DNA of 64,000 nucleotides from contig JBNAIF010000127.1 in the NCBI GenBank assembly GCA_050043595.1, positions 43 to 64,042 on the forward strand. The letters run 5' to 3'. The DNA comes from Nitrososphaeraceae archaeon. GTDB lineage: Archaea; Thermoproteota; Nitrososphaeria; Nitrososphaerales; Nitrososphaeraceae. Below the pieces are notes generated by a model. That model was not told the origin of the DNA. It did not search any database and saw only the letters and a program-made list of their open reading frames with translations. The position numbers and the translations under genes are program-made. Shown here piece by piece: positions 40,315-50,942 of the stretch (position 1 is its first letter; the number at the start of each line of letters is the position of its first letter).

Positions 40315-41883
40315 TTGTTTAAAATGTTCTTAGTTAATAATACAAACATTCATGCCATAAAAACTATTTTAAAATTATTTCCAGCAATAATAAATTTTAA
40401 AAAAGATAGAAAAGAATGGATTAAAAAAGAAGGAAAAAATATTGATGAAAAAAAATATCGAAAACATGCGGAAAAAGCTTTAGAAGCATTTATTGATTTA
40501 GGACCTTCATATATAAAATTAGGCCAATGGTTATCTGCTAGATCTGATATATTGCCTCAACCATATTTAGAAGTACTAGGAATGCTACAAGATAATGTTC
40601 CAGTAGCACCATTTGAGCAAGTAAAAAAGATAATAGAAAAAGAATTGGGTAGAATTGAAGATAATTTTGAAATGTTTAATAATAATGCTATTTCTGGAGC
40701 TAGTCTAGGTCAGGTATATCTCGCAAAGTATAAAGGAAAAGAAGTGGTCATAAAAGTATCTCGTCCAAATATCGATAAAATAGTAAAAAGAGATATTCTG
40801 ATTATGAAAAAACTTTTACCGTTAGCCACAAAATTTATTGATCCGAACTTACGTTTTTCGATAGAAGGAATGTTTTACCAATTTATAGAAACAATATATG
40901 AAGAGATGGATTATGAAATGGAAGCTCAAAATTTGATAAAAATAAAACATAATCTAAAAAATGAAAAACAAGTAATTATTCCAAAAGTAATTCTAGAAAA
41001 AACTACAAAACACATTATTACAACTGAATATGTTCCTGGTATTAAAATTACAGATATTGATATTTTAGAAAAGAATGGAATAGACAGACAAAAATTGATC
41101 ATATTAATTCATCACGTTTTTTTTAAAATGCTATTGAAAAATGATATTTTTCATTCTGATCCTCATCCTGGAAATATAGCTGTAAAAGAAGATGGATCTA
41201 TAATATTATATGACTTTGGAATGGTCGGAAAATTGGATAATGAAACTAGATTATTATTAATTAGACTTTATTTAGGATTAATTGATAAAGATCCTGTCAG
41301 AACTGTTGATGTATTAATACAATTAGGAACTTTAGAACCTACGATTAATAGGACTATAGTGGAGAGAGCAATTGAATTAAGCATAAGATCATTACATGGT
41401 AAGAAGGTTGATAAAATGGAGGTAAAGTCGTTAATGGAATTATCTAATAAAACTTTGGCTAGATTTCCTTTCAGATTACCAAAACATTTAGCATTATATA
41501 TGCGTATGACATCAATAATAGAAGGAATTTATCATCAACATAAAATTAAATTTCAATTTGCGAAAGTATTATCAAATTTATTAGAACAAGAAGGTTTATT
41601 GAAGGAAGCATATATTGAAGAAACTAAAATTTATTTTGATAAAATAATTCAAAATATGAAAACATTTTCTGAACTTTCTCAACATATGAAAACATATATT
41701 GAAACACAAGAAAACAACAGGAAAAAAAATAATAATATTTATAATTTAATTGGTGGTAGCATCTTTGCTTCTTCTGTTTTTATTGGTTCGTCGTTAATTT
41801 ATTCTTATGATTCTTTAATTGCATATTTTGGGTTTTTTATATCAGTATTAATTTTTATTATAACTATAATAAAAAATAAATAA
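40315..41883 (+). CDS. ABC1/UbiB (AarF) family atypical kinase
   Basis: LGPSYIKLGQ, LQDNVP, ASLGQVY, HSDPHPGN, YDFGM; C-terminal TM helices. Confidence 0.95.
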   Translation: MFKMFLVNNTNIHAIKTILKLFPAIINFKKDRKEWIKKEGKNIDEKKYRKHAEKALEAFIDLGPSYIKLGQWLSARSDILPQPYLEVLGMLQDNVPVAPFEQVKKIIEKELGRIEDNFEMFNNNAISGASLGQVYLAKYKGKEVVIKVSRPNIDKIVKRDILIMKKLLPLATKFIDPNLRFSIEGMFYQFIETIYEEMDYEMEAQNLIKIKHNLKNEKQVIIPKVILEKTTKHIITTEYVPGIKITDIDILEKNGIDRQKLIILIHHVFFKMLLKNDIFHSDPHPGNIAVKEDGSIILYDFGMVGKLDNETRLLLIRLYLGLIDKDPVRTVDVLIQLGTLEPTINRTIVERAIELSIRSLHGKKVDKMEVKSLMELSNKTLARFPFRLPKHLALYMRMTSIIEGIYHQHKIKFQFAKVLSNLLEQEGLLKEAYIEETKIYFDKIIQNMKTFSELSQHMKTYIETQENNRKKNNNIYNLIGGSIFASSVFIGSSLIYSYDSLIAYFGFFISVLIFIITIIKNK

Positions 41884-41932
41884 TTTAAAAAGCTTAAAAT
41901 TTAATTGTTCTTATTTTACATCGGAAAAAGAT

Positions 41933-41952
41933 CATACATACATACATACATA
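41933..41952. repeat. (CATA)5 simple sequence repeat
   Basis: catacatacatacatacata in the intergenic region upstream of the antiporter. Confidence 0.9.
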
Positions 41953-42016
41953 AAATATTATAGTATTTTGTACCTCTTAATTTTTATTTCAGAAGAGAAT
42001 TATAACTAAGTAAGCT

Positions 42017-43327
42017 ATGGATTTCTCTATTTTTTTATCAACATCAGCATTATTATCTGCACCAGATACTTCACAATCAGACTTTATCGTTCAAGACTTT
42101 GCAGTAGTCATGATAGTGGCAGCAATAATGTTGGTAATTACTCATAAATTAAAACAATCCATGGTAATTGGTTATTTATTGGCTGGAATGATAATTGGTC
42201 CTCATACACCGCCGTTTACACTAATATATGATGTAGGAACTGTGAATATGTTTGCAGAATTAGGAATAATTATGTTATTATTTGTAATTGGTATTGAATT
42301 TCCTATTGCTAAACTCAAACAAATAGGAAGAATTTCGTTGATTATTGGTCTTTCAGAATCAATGGGTACAATGTTAGTTACATTTATTGTAGCTCAACAA
42401 TTAGGATTCTCATTATTTGATGCATTGTTCCTTAGTTTAGCGATGTCTATTACTAGTACTGTGGTCACACTTAAAATATTAGAAGAAATGGGCAAGGTCA
42501 AAGAACGTTCATCAATTTTGATATTGGGTGTATTAATTGTAGAAGATATTATAGCTGTTAGTGCATTGGCAATCCTTCAATCTATAGCAGTTGCATCAGA
42601 CACTACTGAAGGAATATCGATTTTACCTATTTCTATATCGATTGCAATAGCAATAGTTTTTATTGCTAGTATACTTATCCTTGGTTCTAAATTTTTGCCC
42701 AATTTAATAGATAGAATAGGCAAGACTAACGACTATGCACTTTTGTTAATAGTTATTTTGGGATTAGCATTTGGATTATCATTTGTTGCAAATTTGTTAG
42801 GATTGTCGGTAGTTATTGGAGCATTTTTAGCAGGAGTATTGGTTGCAGAATCAAAAAGTGCAACAGTCGCAAAGGTGATAACAATTCCTTTAAGAGATGT
42901 ATTTTCAGCACTATTCTTTATATCGATAGGAGCATTGGTTAACGTATCTCTTATACCTATGTTCATCATTCCTGCAATTATACTAATCTTAACATCATTT
43001 ACAACAAAATTCCTAATTACAATTGGTGTATTAGCAAGATCAAAATATGATAAAACAGAAGCTCTTAAAACGGGATTAGGATTAGCTGCATCAAAAGGGG
43101 AAATGTCTCTTGTCATAGCTAAAGGTGGCCAAGACGTTGGAGCTATAACGTCATCAGTTTTACCAATTCTTAGTGTAGTTACTATTCTTACATCTTTTGC
43201 ATCTCCATATATAATACGGTTTGGCAACAGCATAAAATTTACTTCCGCGAATTATAATGACAATAATAATAAATTAGATGATACAGAAAAAGATAAGAAT
43301 CAAAATTATAATGACAAGAGCTTTTAA
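42017..43327 (+). CDS. cation:proton antiporter, CPA2 (KefB/NapA-like) family
   Basis: About 13 TM helices; ELGIIMLLFVIGIE, SITST, LIVEDI, GAFLAG, FFISIG, GEMSLVIA. No KTN domain. Confidence 0.92.
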   Translation: MDFSIFLSTSALLSAPDTSQSDFIVQDFAVVMIVAAIMLVITHKLKQSMVIGYLLAGMIIGPHTPPFTLIYDVGTVNMFAELGIIMLLFVIGIEFPIAKLKQIGRISLIIGLSESMGTMLVTFIVAQQLGFSLFDALFLSLAMSITSTVVTLKILEEMGKVKERSSILILGVLIVEDIIAVSALAILQSIAVASDTTEGISILPISISIAIAIVFIASILILGSKFLPNLIDRIGKTNDYALLLIVILGLAFGLSFVANLLGLSVVIGAFLAGVLVAESKSATVAKVITIPLRDVFSALFFISIGALVNVSLIPMFIIPAIILILTSFTTKFLITIGVLARSKYDKTEALKTGLGLAASKGEMSLVIAKGGQDVGAITSSVLPILSVVTILTSFASPYIIRFGNSIKFTSANYNDNNNKLDDTEKDKNQNYNDKSF

Positions 43328-43362
43328 AAGGATTTAAATTAGTATAATGAGTATGTAATAAT

Positions 43363-43938
43363 GTGTCTTCTAGTGTAGATGAGATAAATCATAGTCCACC
43401 TCATTTTATGGTATTAAATGCTATAGCACGAGGCATAAGAAAATTGAATGATATTCCAAAAGAAACAAAAATTGGAAAAGAAGAAGTCGAACAAGTTATA
43501 AATGATCTTGCAATTCAGAGATTAATAACGATAAAAGAGAAAAAAGGTTTTTTTGGTAATAAGAAAAAAGAAATTGAAATTACAGAAACTGGTTTAAAAT
43601 TGTTAAATTCGAAAAAAGAAGAATTAGAAAGAAAATGGAGAGATGTACAACATATGTATAACAACGGTAACAAAGCTCAATTACAACAATATATGCAAAA
43701 TCAAAATAATAGATCATGGGTACCGTTAATGTTATTTATGGGAATTATGGATATTATGTTTTTTATGACTATGATGTCATTTATAGGAATGGCTATGAAT
43801 CCTATGGAGGGTTCCATGGTTTCAGATAGCGGTATGGAAGGAGCAGAGGGTACAGGAGATGCAGGAGCAGAAAATGTAGATGCAGGAGAATCTGGAGATT
43901 TTGGAGGGTTTGATCTTGGAGGGTTTGGAGATTTCTGA
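43363..43938 (+). CDS. winged-helix protein with Met-rich hydrophobic helix and acidic Gly/Phe tail
   Basis: wHTH-like N-terminus (VLNAIARG..VEQVINDL..ITETG), hydrophobic PLMLFMGIMDIMFFMTMMSF, tail GDFGGFDLGGFGDF. Confidence 0.7.
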   Translation: MSSSVDEINHSPPHFMVLNAIARGIRKLNDIPKETKIGKEEVEQVINDLAIQRLITIKEKKGFFGNKKKEIEITETGLKLLNSKKEELERKWRDVQHMYNNGNKAQLQQYMQNQNNRSWVPLMLFMGIMDIMFFMTMMSFIGMAMNPMEGSMVSDSGMEGAEGTGDAGAENVDAGESGDFGGFDLGGFGDF

Positions 43939-44186
43939 AAATTTAAATTTTTTTAAAAATCAATAATATTAAAATATTAAAATTATAAAATTTATGATAT
44001 GGAACTAGTTTTAATTAAATAATTATTTCGAATATAGATTATTTATTACATTATTATTAATAAATACGTAAACAAAAATAATAATTTGTAAATTACATTT
44101 GAGTTTTGTTTTTATCTTAAAAAAATAGCTTGTTAAATTGTAGTAAAAAAATTTGCAAAAACTGTGTTTTTTTTGTTGTAACAAAT

Positions 44187-44696
44187 TTAATTTTGTAAAT
44201 CATGTATTGTTTTTTTATGGTTTGTGATATTGTATGAATAAGTGGCATTTGAATTTGAAATTGAAGATATGGAAGAAGTACTATTTGGATAATTTTTGTA
44301 TGTATTCGAATTTTGTAAATAATAAACATATTCTCTAAGTTTTTTGTTTCTTGTTAGTTTTCCTTTATTACAATATCGAGCTAAATATGTAGATATTACA
44401 CTTAATTTTATAGGATCATGATATTTTTCTTGATAAAAGTTTACAATATCGGTAGATGTAAATTTAGTATTAGAAAAAGATTCAATAATAATATTCCATA
44501 TTTTAGAATCAATAGATGATGATTCTTGATTATGTGAAACAGAAGTATTATTGTAAGAATTGTTTGAATTTACAAGATCCATTAATTCAACAGCCTGAAG
44601 AATCTTTTCTTTTGAAATATTTCCTTCTAAAGATAGATTATATTTACCTCCGGTAGTATCTTCTAATTCGATCTTTATTTTCTTTTTTGAATTCAA
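44187..44696 (-). CDS. hypothetical protein with C-terminal winged-helix-like domain
   Basis: FTSTDIV..IKLSVISTYLARY..GKLTR..REYVY; downstream of dnaJ. Confidence 0.7.
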   Translation of the reverse strand: MNSKKKIKIELEDTTGGKYNLSLEGNISKEKILQAVELMDLVNSNNSYNNTSVSHNQESSSIDSKIWNIIIESFSNTKFTSTDIVNFYQEKYHDPIKLSVISTYLARYCNKGKLTRNKKLREYVYYLQNSNTYKNYPNSTSSISSISNSNATYSYNITNHKKTIHDLQN

Positions 44697-44867
44697 AATA
44701 TGGATCCTTTATTTTTATAAATTAATTTGCTTTTTAACTATCTTACTAAATAAAATTAAAACATTAAGTAAGTTTTTTTTTACTTCATTGAAATTTCAAA
44801 AAAATTAGAAGATTGATGATTATTTCTTGAAATATCTTGCATATATAAAAAAATATTAAACAATCTA

Positions 44868-45989
44868 TTATATTTTTTCTTTTTCTAATTCTTTTAATAA
44901 ATAACGTTGTTTATCAGTTAAATTTGTAGGTATTTGAACATTAATTCGTACAAACTGATCTCCTTTTCCAAACATTCCATATCTTGGTAATCCCTTTCCT
45001 TTCATTTTTAATATGTTATTTGGTTGAGTTCCAGATGGAATTTTTAATTTTTCATATCCATGTAAGGTAGGAATCTTAATTTGTGTACCAAGAGCTAGAT
45101 TAGTAAATGATAAATTCAAATTATAGAGAATATTCCCGTCTTCCAGTCTTTCAAACAAATTATGAGGTCTTACATTTATACGAATTAATAGATCTCCTGG
45201 TGGACCATTTTCAGAAAATTCCCCTTCTCCTGTAACTTGAAGAGTTGTTCCATCTTCTATTCCTGCCGGAATTTTTATTTTTACTTTTTTATTTCTTTTT
45301 ATATTGCCTGAACCATAACAAATGTTACATGGATTATCAATAATATGGCCTTTACCTTTACAAGTATTACATGTTTCCAATGAAATAAAAGTTGAGAATT
45401 GATTTTGATTGTACACATTACGTGTTTGTCCTTGACCATTACAAGTACTACATACCTTTGGGCTAGTTCCTTTAGCTGATCCAATGCCATTACAAGCATT
45501 ACATTTATCTAATTTTGGTAATTCAATTTCTTCGTTTTTTCCCTTGAGAATATCTTCTAAGGAAAGATCTACATCATAAAGTAAGTCTCTGCCTTTTCTA
45601 GATCTGCCTCCCATGTTAAAACTAAAACCTTCAAAAGGATCACTACCAAAATTAGTGCTTCGTCTTCCTCCAAACATTTGCTCAAAAATAGTTTTTGCAA
45701 ATCCGCCAAACCCCATATCTTTAAATATTTCTTCGAAATTCGACTCTGATCCTCTAAATGCTTCATCCGAACCAACATGACCATATTTATCGTATCGTTT
45801 TCTTTTTTCATCATCAGAAAGTACTGCATATGCTTCAGAAATTTCTTTGAATTTTTCTTCTGCTTCTGGAGATTTATTTCTATCAGGATGAAATTTAAGT
45901 GCTAATTTTCTATAGATATTTTTAATTTCACTAGTAGTTGCATTTTTCTGAACTCCTAATACTTCATAATAATCTCGTTTTCTAGACAT
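44868..45989 (-). CDS. dnaJ: molecular chaperone DnaJ
   Basis: J domain with HPD, G/F region and four CxxCxGxG repeats. Confidence 0.98.
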   Translation of the reverse strand: MSRKRDYYEVLGVQKNATTSEIKNIYRKLALKFHPDRNKSPEAEEKFKEISEAYAVLSDDEKRKRYDKYGHVGSDEAFRGSESNFEEIFKDMGFGGFAKTIFEQMFGGRRSTNFGSDPFEGFSFNMGGRSRKGRDLLYDVDLSLEDILKGKNEEIELPKLDKCNACNGIGSAKGTSPKVCSTCNGQGQTRNVYNQNQFSTFISLETCNTCKGKGHIIDNPCNICYGSGNIKRNKKVKIKIPAGIEDGTTLQVTGEGEFSENGPPGDLLIRINVRPHNLFERLEDGNILYNLNLSFTNLALGTQIKIPTLHGYEKLKIPSGTQPNNILKMKGKGLPRYGMFGKGDQFVRINVQIPTNLTDKQRYLLKELEKEKI

Positions 45990-46026
45990 ATAAAAAATTC
46001 ACAGAAAATAATGTATTAAAAAGATA

Positions 46027-47853
46027 TTAAGATTTGGATGAATCGGTTGTGTTTGTGTTGGATGAATCGGTTGTAGCACTTTCAGCTCCAGCAGCTCCAA
46101 CATTCTTATAAACTTCAGTACTTACTTCTGCAAGTATATCCTTTGTCTCTTTTACTTTATCTTTTATTTTATTTATATCATTGCTAGCAATAACATTTCT
46201 CAATTCTTCTATACTTTTTTTAATTTTTTCAGATTGTTCTGGTTTTAATTTATCTTTCAGATCTTGATTAACAAGTTTTTCAGATGAATAAATTAAATTA
46301 TCTGCTTCATTTTTTACTTCAGCTTCTTCTTTCTTTTTTGTGTCTGCTTCAGCATACTGTTCTGATTCTTTTTTGAGTTTTTCAATTTCCTCGTTAGATA
46401 GTTTTGTACTTGCACTAATAGTTATTTTTGCTTCTTTAGAAGTACCTAAATCTTTTGCAGCTACATTTAAGATACCATTTGCATCTATATCAAATGTAAC
46501 TTCAATTTGAGGTACTCCTCTTGGAGCTGGTGGGATCCCAGAAAGATTGAATGTTCCTAATGATACACAGTCTGCAGCCATAGGTCTTTCACCTTGGACT
46601 ATATGAATAGTAACGGCAGATTGATAATCAGCTGCAGTTGTAAATACTTTACTTTTTTTAGTTGGAATGGTAGTATTACGTTCTATTAAGACTTCTTTTA
46701 ATCCTCCTTGAACTTCTACTCCTAGAGTCAATGGAGTAACGTCAACCAGTAAGATATCAGTAGATACATCACCAGATATTATAGCTCCTTGAACAGCTGC
46801 TCCTAAAGCTACTGCTTCCATTGGATCGATTCCTCGTTCAGGTTCTTTTCCTATAATATTTGCTACTAATTGTTTAACTAAAGGCATCCTGGTTGGACCT
46901 CCTACCAAAATAATTTTGTCAATGTCAGATGGAGTTAGCTTTGCATCTTCTATACTTTGTAGTATAGGTTTTCTGCATCTTTCAACAATTGGTCTTACGA
47001 GTTCTTCTAATTTAGAGCGAGTAATATTAATAACAAGATTTTTTGGTCCCGACGATGGGTCGTGTGCTAAAAATGGTAAGTTAATTTCTGTAGATACAAG
47101 ATTAGACAATTCTATCTTTGCTTTTTCTGCAGCTTCTCTAATTCTCATCATTGCTGCATTATCATTTTTAACATCTATACCACTTTGTTGTTTAAATTCT
47201 TGAAGAATATAATCAATAAGAGTATTATCCATATCAGTACCTCCGAGTTGAGTATCACCTGAAGTACTTTTTACTTGAAATACACCACCACCCATTTCCA
47301 TAATAGTTACATCTAAAGTACCTCCACCAAAATCAAAGACCAAAATCTTCAAGTCTTTTTGAATTTTATCTAGACCAAATGCTAATGATGCAGCCGTAGG
47401 TTCGTTGATAATTCGTACCACATTTAATCCTGCTATTTCTCCTGCATCTTTTGTAGCTTGACGTTGATTATCATTAAAATATGCAGGTACAGTAATTACT
47501 GCTCTGTCTACAGTATCTCCTAAAAACGCTTCAGAGTCTCTTTTTATTTTTTGAAGAATAAAAGCAGAAATTTGTTGAGGTGTATAATCTTTATTACGTA
47601 TACTAAATTTAAAATTAGTTCCCATTTTACGCTTAGCAGCAATAACTGTACCAGTAGGATTAGAAATCATCTGTCTTCTAGCAGGTTCTCCTACTAACAT
47701 ATCACCATTATCGGCAAAAGCAACTACAGATGGAAACGATTTTCCTCCTATGGAAGTTCCTTCAGCAGCTTGTATGATAGTAGGTTTACCGCCTATCATG
47801 GCTGCTGCTGCAGAATTACTTGTTCCAAGATCAATACCAATAATTTTACCCAT
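46027..47853 (-). CDS. dnaK: molecular chaperone DnaK
   Basis: [34 protein letters not shown]. Confidence 0.99.
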   Translation of the reverse strand: MGKIIGIDLGTSNSAAAAMIGGKPTIIQAAEGTSIGGKSFPSVVAFADNGDMLVGEPARRQMISNPTGTVIAAKRKMGTNFKFSIRNKDYTPQQISAFILQKIKRDSEAFLGDTVDRAVITVPAYFNDNQRQATKDAGEIAGLNVVRIINEPTAASLAFGLDKIQKDLKILVFDFGGGTLDVTIMEMGGGVFQVKSTSGDTQLGGTDMDNTLIDYILQEFKQQSGIDVKNDNAAMMRIREAAEKAKIELSNLVSTEINLPFLAHDPSSGPKNLVINITRSKLEELVRPIVERCRKPILQSIEDAKLTPSDIDKIILVGGPTRMPLVKQLVANIIGKEPERGIDPMEAVALGAAVQGAIISGDVSTDILLVDVTPLTLGVEVQGGLKEVLIERNTTIPTKKSKVFTTAADYQSAVTIHIVQGERPMAADCVSLGTFNLSGIPPAPRGVPQIEVTFDIDANGILNVAAKDLGTSKEAKITISASTKLSNEEIEKLKKESEQYAEADTKKKEEAEVKNEADNLIYSSEKLVNQDLKDKLKPEQSEKIKKSIEELRNVIASNDINKIKDKVKETKDILAEVSTEVYKNVGAAGAESATTDSSNTNTTDSSKS

Positions 47854-47916
47854 ATCTAATATTCACCTTTTTTCTATAATTATAGATCTATATTATTTTT
47901 TAGATTTATAGTATTT

Positions 47917-48522
47917 TTAAATACTTTTATTAATTATGACTAGACTGGGTCTTAATACTTTACCATCAAGTGTATAACCTATACGTACTTCTTGAGTAAT
48001 AATATTTTCAGACAAATCAGAATCATGAGAAAAGGAAACAACATCATGTTTGTTTGGATCAAATATTTTTCCTATTGTTTCTATTTGTTCGATTCCTTCA
48101 GAACTTAAAATACTGTCGAAATTTTTGAGAATTGAATCTAATCCATTTATTATAGTTTCATCTTGATTTGTAGACTTTTTTACAATTTCCAAGGCTCTTA
48201 AATAATCGTCTTTGATATTTAGAAATTTGGAAATAATATTTGCTTTATTATTTGTGATGCTATTTTGAATCATTTTATCTGCTTGTTTTCGATAATTATC
48301 AAAATCTGCCATAAGATATTTTAATTTATTAAAATTATTTGTAGATTCATTTATACATTTTTGCAAATCAGATTTTGTATTTTTTAATTCTTCTTTTAAT
48401 ATAGTATTTTCTTCATCTTCTTTTATTTTTTTATCATCTTTCTTGTTTTCTTCATCTTCTTTTATTTTTTTATCATCTTTCTTGTTTTCTTTTTTTGCTT
48501 CGAGATCCTTATATTTATTCAT
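47917..48522 (-). CDS. grpE: nucleotide exchange factor GrpE
   Basis: ADFDNYRK, FDPNKHDVV, GYTLDGKVLRPSLV; grpE-dnaK-dnaJ order. Confidence 0.96.
   Translation of the reverse strand: MNKYKDLEAKKENKKDDKKIKEDEENKKDDKKIKEDEENTILKEELKNTKSDLQKCINESTNNFNKLKYLMADFDNYRKQADKMIQNSITNNKANIISKFLNIKDDYLRALEIVKKSTNQDETIINGLDSILKNFDSILSSEGIEQIETIGKIFDPNKHDVVSFSHDSDLSENIITQEVRIGYTLDGKVLRPSLVIINKSI
48407..48491. repeat. perfect 39-bp in-frame tandem repeat (about 2.2 copies) in grpE
   Basis: TTTTCTTCATCTTCTTTTATTTTTTTATCATCTTTCTTG at 48407-48445 and 48446-48484, giving a duplicated NKKDDKKIKEDEE. Confidence 0.95.
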
Positions 48523-48636
48523 AATTGAACAACTAGAAAATAATTATAGTGAAATAATTAGATATCGATTAGTAATATTGCTTTAATATTTAATGATAAA
48601 AAATTAATAGGATTACTTTGTAGAAAATCCAAGTTT

Positions 48637-49047
48637 ATGGATAAGGAACTTGAGAACATAATACAAAAAAAGATGAAAAGTCTTCAAGAGAAGATAAGAA
48701 TAAACACAGAAATTAAAAATATTGATAAACCTATTATACTAACTGATTCAAATTTTGAAACTGAAAGATCTAAATTTCCGTTTTTAATCATAGATTTTTG
48801 GGCTTCTTGGTGTGGTCCTTGTAAAATTATGTCTCCGGTGATAGATATCTTAGCAAAGGAATATTCAGGAAGAGTAATTTTTGCAAAAATTAATGTTGAT
48901 GAAAATCAAATTGTGGCTAGAAAATTTAGTATCCAGAGTATTCCTACTATCATATATTTAAAAAATGGAAAAGTTGTTGATAACTCAATTGGAGTAATGT
49001 CTAAAAATCAAATAATGAATAAGATAGACTATTGGATAAATAAATAA
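48637..49047 (+). CDS. thioredoxin with N-terminal helical extension
   Basis: DFWASWCGPC, IQSIPT; MDKELENIIQKKM extension. Confidence 0.95.
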   Translation: MDKELENIIQKKMKSLQEKIRINTEIKNIDKPIILTDSNFETERSKFPFLIIDFWASWCGPCKIMSPVIDILAKEYSGRVIFAKINVDENQIVARKFSIQSIPTIIYLKNGKVVDNSIGVMSKNQIMNKIDYWINK

Positions 49048-49101
49048 TACATTAAATCATATTATATTATATATTCAATAAAAATTGGTATATAACAATA
49101 T

Positions 49102-49533
49102 TCATGCATAATTACCTTTAATTGAAGACTTTGCTCCACATGCTTCACATAACAGAAATCCTAATTTTTTATTCTTTTCCGTTCTGGTGTCGTGGCTTCC
49201 GCAAACAGGACAAATGACATAATCTTTGATGTATCTATCTATTAACGCAGTAAAAGAAGAGCGTTGTTTTCTTCCAAGAAAGATCACTCTATCTCCGTTA
49301 ATATAACCTGCAGATGCTGTTTCTTTATTTAAATAAAGTAATAATTTTTCTGGATCTCTTCTTAAAGCTTTAGAAAAATCCATAAAATTTCTGAAAATCG
49401 TACGTTGTCCTACGAAAATAACATTAGGTTGTGGAACTTCTAGTCTAGAAATCTCTTTCTTTGAAGTTGTACCTAACTTTGTATTTAAACGAGTTAATAA
49501 ATTCTCATAATCAATCTTAGAATAATCATTCAT
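49102..49533 (-). CDS. eif2b: translation initiation factor aIF2 beta subunit
   Basis: DYENLL, RTIFRNF, C-terminal CPVC/CEAC zinc ribbon. Confidence 0.95.
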   Translation of the reverse strand: MNDYSKIDYENLLTRLNTKLGTTSKKEISRLEVPQPNVIFVGQRTIFRNFMDFSKALRRDPEKLLLYLNKETASAGYINGDRVIFLGRKQRSSFTALIDRYIKDYVICPVCGSHDTRTEKNKKLGFLLCEACGAKSSIKGNYA

Positions 49534-49597
49534 AATGATTTTTATAATTTTCCGTTTAATGTTCGTTATGGTATAAAGAAATCAATAAATGAGAATA

Positions 49598-50182
49598 TTA
49601 ATTTTTTAATAACCAATTAAAAAATGGTGATAATATATTGTCATATGGTACTTTTTTTATATTAGATGCATTGTAGCATATCATTAACATACGTTTGTAT
49701 AGTTTTTCTGTCAGGTTTTTAGGAATATGTGTCTTTTGTAAAGGTTGAAATAATTTGAAAAAATAATCTTGTTTATAATATGTTATATGTTGTTCAAAAC
49801 AGGATGATAAAATAGTAGGATCTGTTGCAATTCGAATATGTATATTGTTTTTTGATATATTTTTCTCTTCGATTGATATTTGTAATGCACGTTTTAAATA
49901 GGTTTCACGCACAAAATTGGAATTAAGTTTAGTTCGAATACTGTCTAGTGTATTTATATTTCTAGAAATTTGTTGCATAGTTCTTTTTGCCATGTCACTA
50001 ACGGAAAGAATTTCTAAATTATTGTTGATACCATAATCTTTTCCAAAAAAATAAAAAATACCTATTAGTTCATTTTTTTTTATAAATGGAAATTGTAATT
50101 TCTTTTCAATAAACATATTTATTCGATAAGGAAGATTATCAGGTAGAAATATTCCCATATAGGAATCAGTAATTAACCTCAT
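49598..50182 (-). CDS. hypothetical protein
   Basis: 194-aa ATG ORF; no motif recognised. Confidence 0.7.
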   Translation of the reverse strand: MRLITDSYMGIFLPDNLPYRINMFIEKKLQFPFIKKNELIGIFYFFGKDYGINNNLEILSVSDMAKRTMQQISRNINTLDSIRTKLNSNFVRETYLKRALQISIEEKNISKNNIHIRIATDPTILSSCFEQHITYYKQDYFFKLFQPLQKTHIPKNLTEKLYKRMLMICYNASNIKKVPYDNILSPFFNWLLKN

Positions 50183-50265
50183 GAATTAACCACAATCAAT
50201 ATTATTGAATATTACTATAAAACTGTGTTAAACATTGATGATAAAAAAATGATGGAAAAAAAATA

Positions 50266-50805
<540 letters not shown>

Positions 50806-50829
50806 TTACTAACGACTTTGAGGTTATAT

Positions 50830-50837
50830 TATATAAA
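50830..50837 (-). promoter_or_regulatory. TATA box of the ferredoxin gene (leaderless-type spacing)
   Basis: TTTATATA on the minus strand, about 25 nt upstream of ATG 50805. Confidence 0.6.
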
Positions 50838-50942
50838 TCATATGACAATCTTGAATTTAGAGTATATCAAAAAACATTTACAATAAAATATTTACAATAA
50901 TAAATAACTTCTAAAAATAATTAAAAAAGAAAAAAATGGGTG

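Noticed and set aside
48570-48582. TAGTAATATTGCT between grpE and thioredoxin, identical to 13 bp inside the 50-bp repeat at 2179 and 2229
   Set aside because: It could be a shared operator, but it is very AT-rich and the core TAATATTGCT also occurs inside leuS (about 13229). It cannot be separated from chance without a genome-wide scan.
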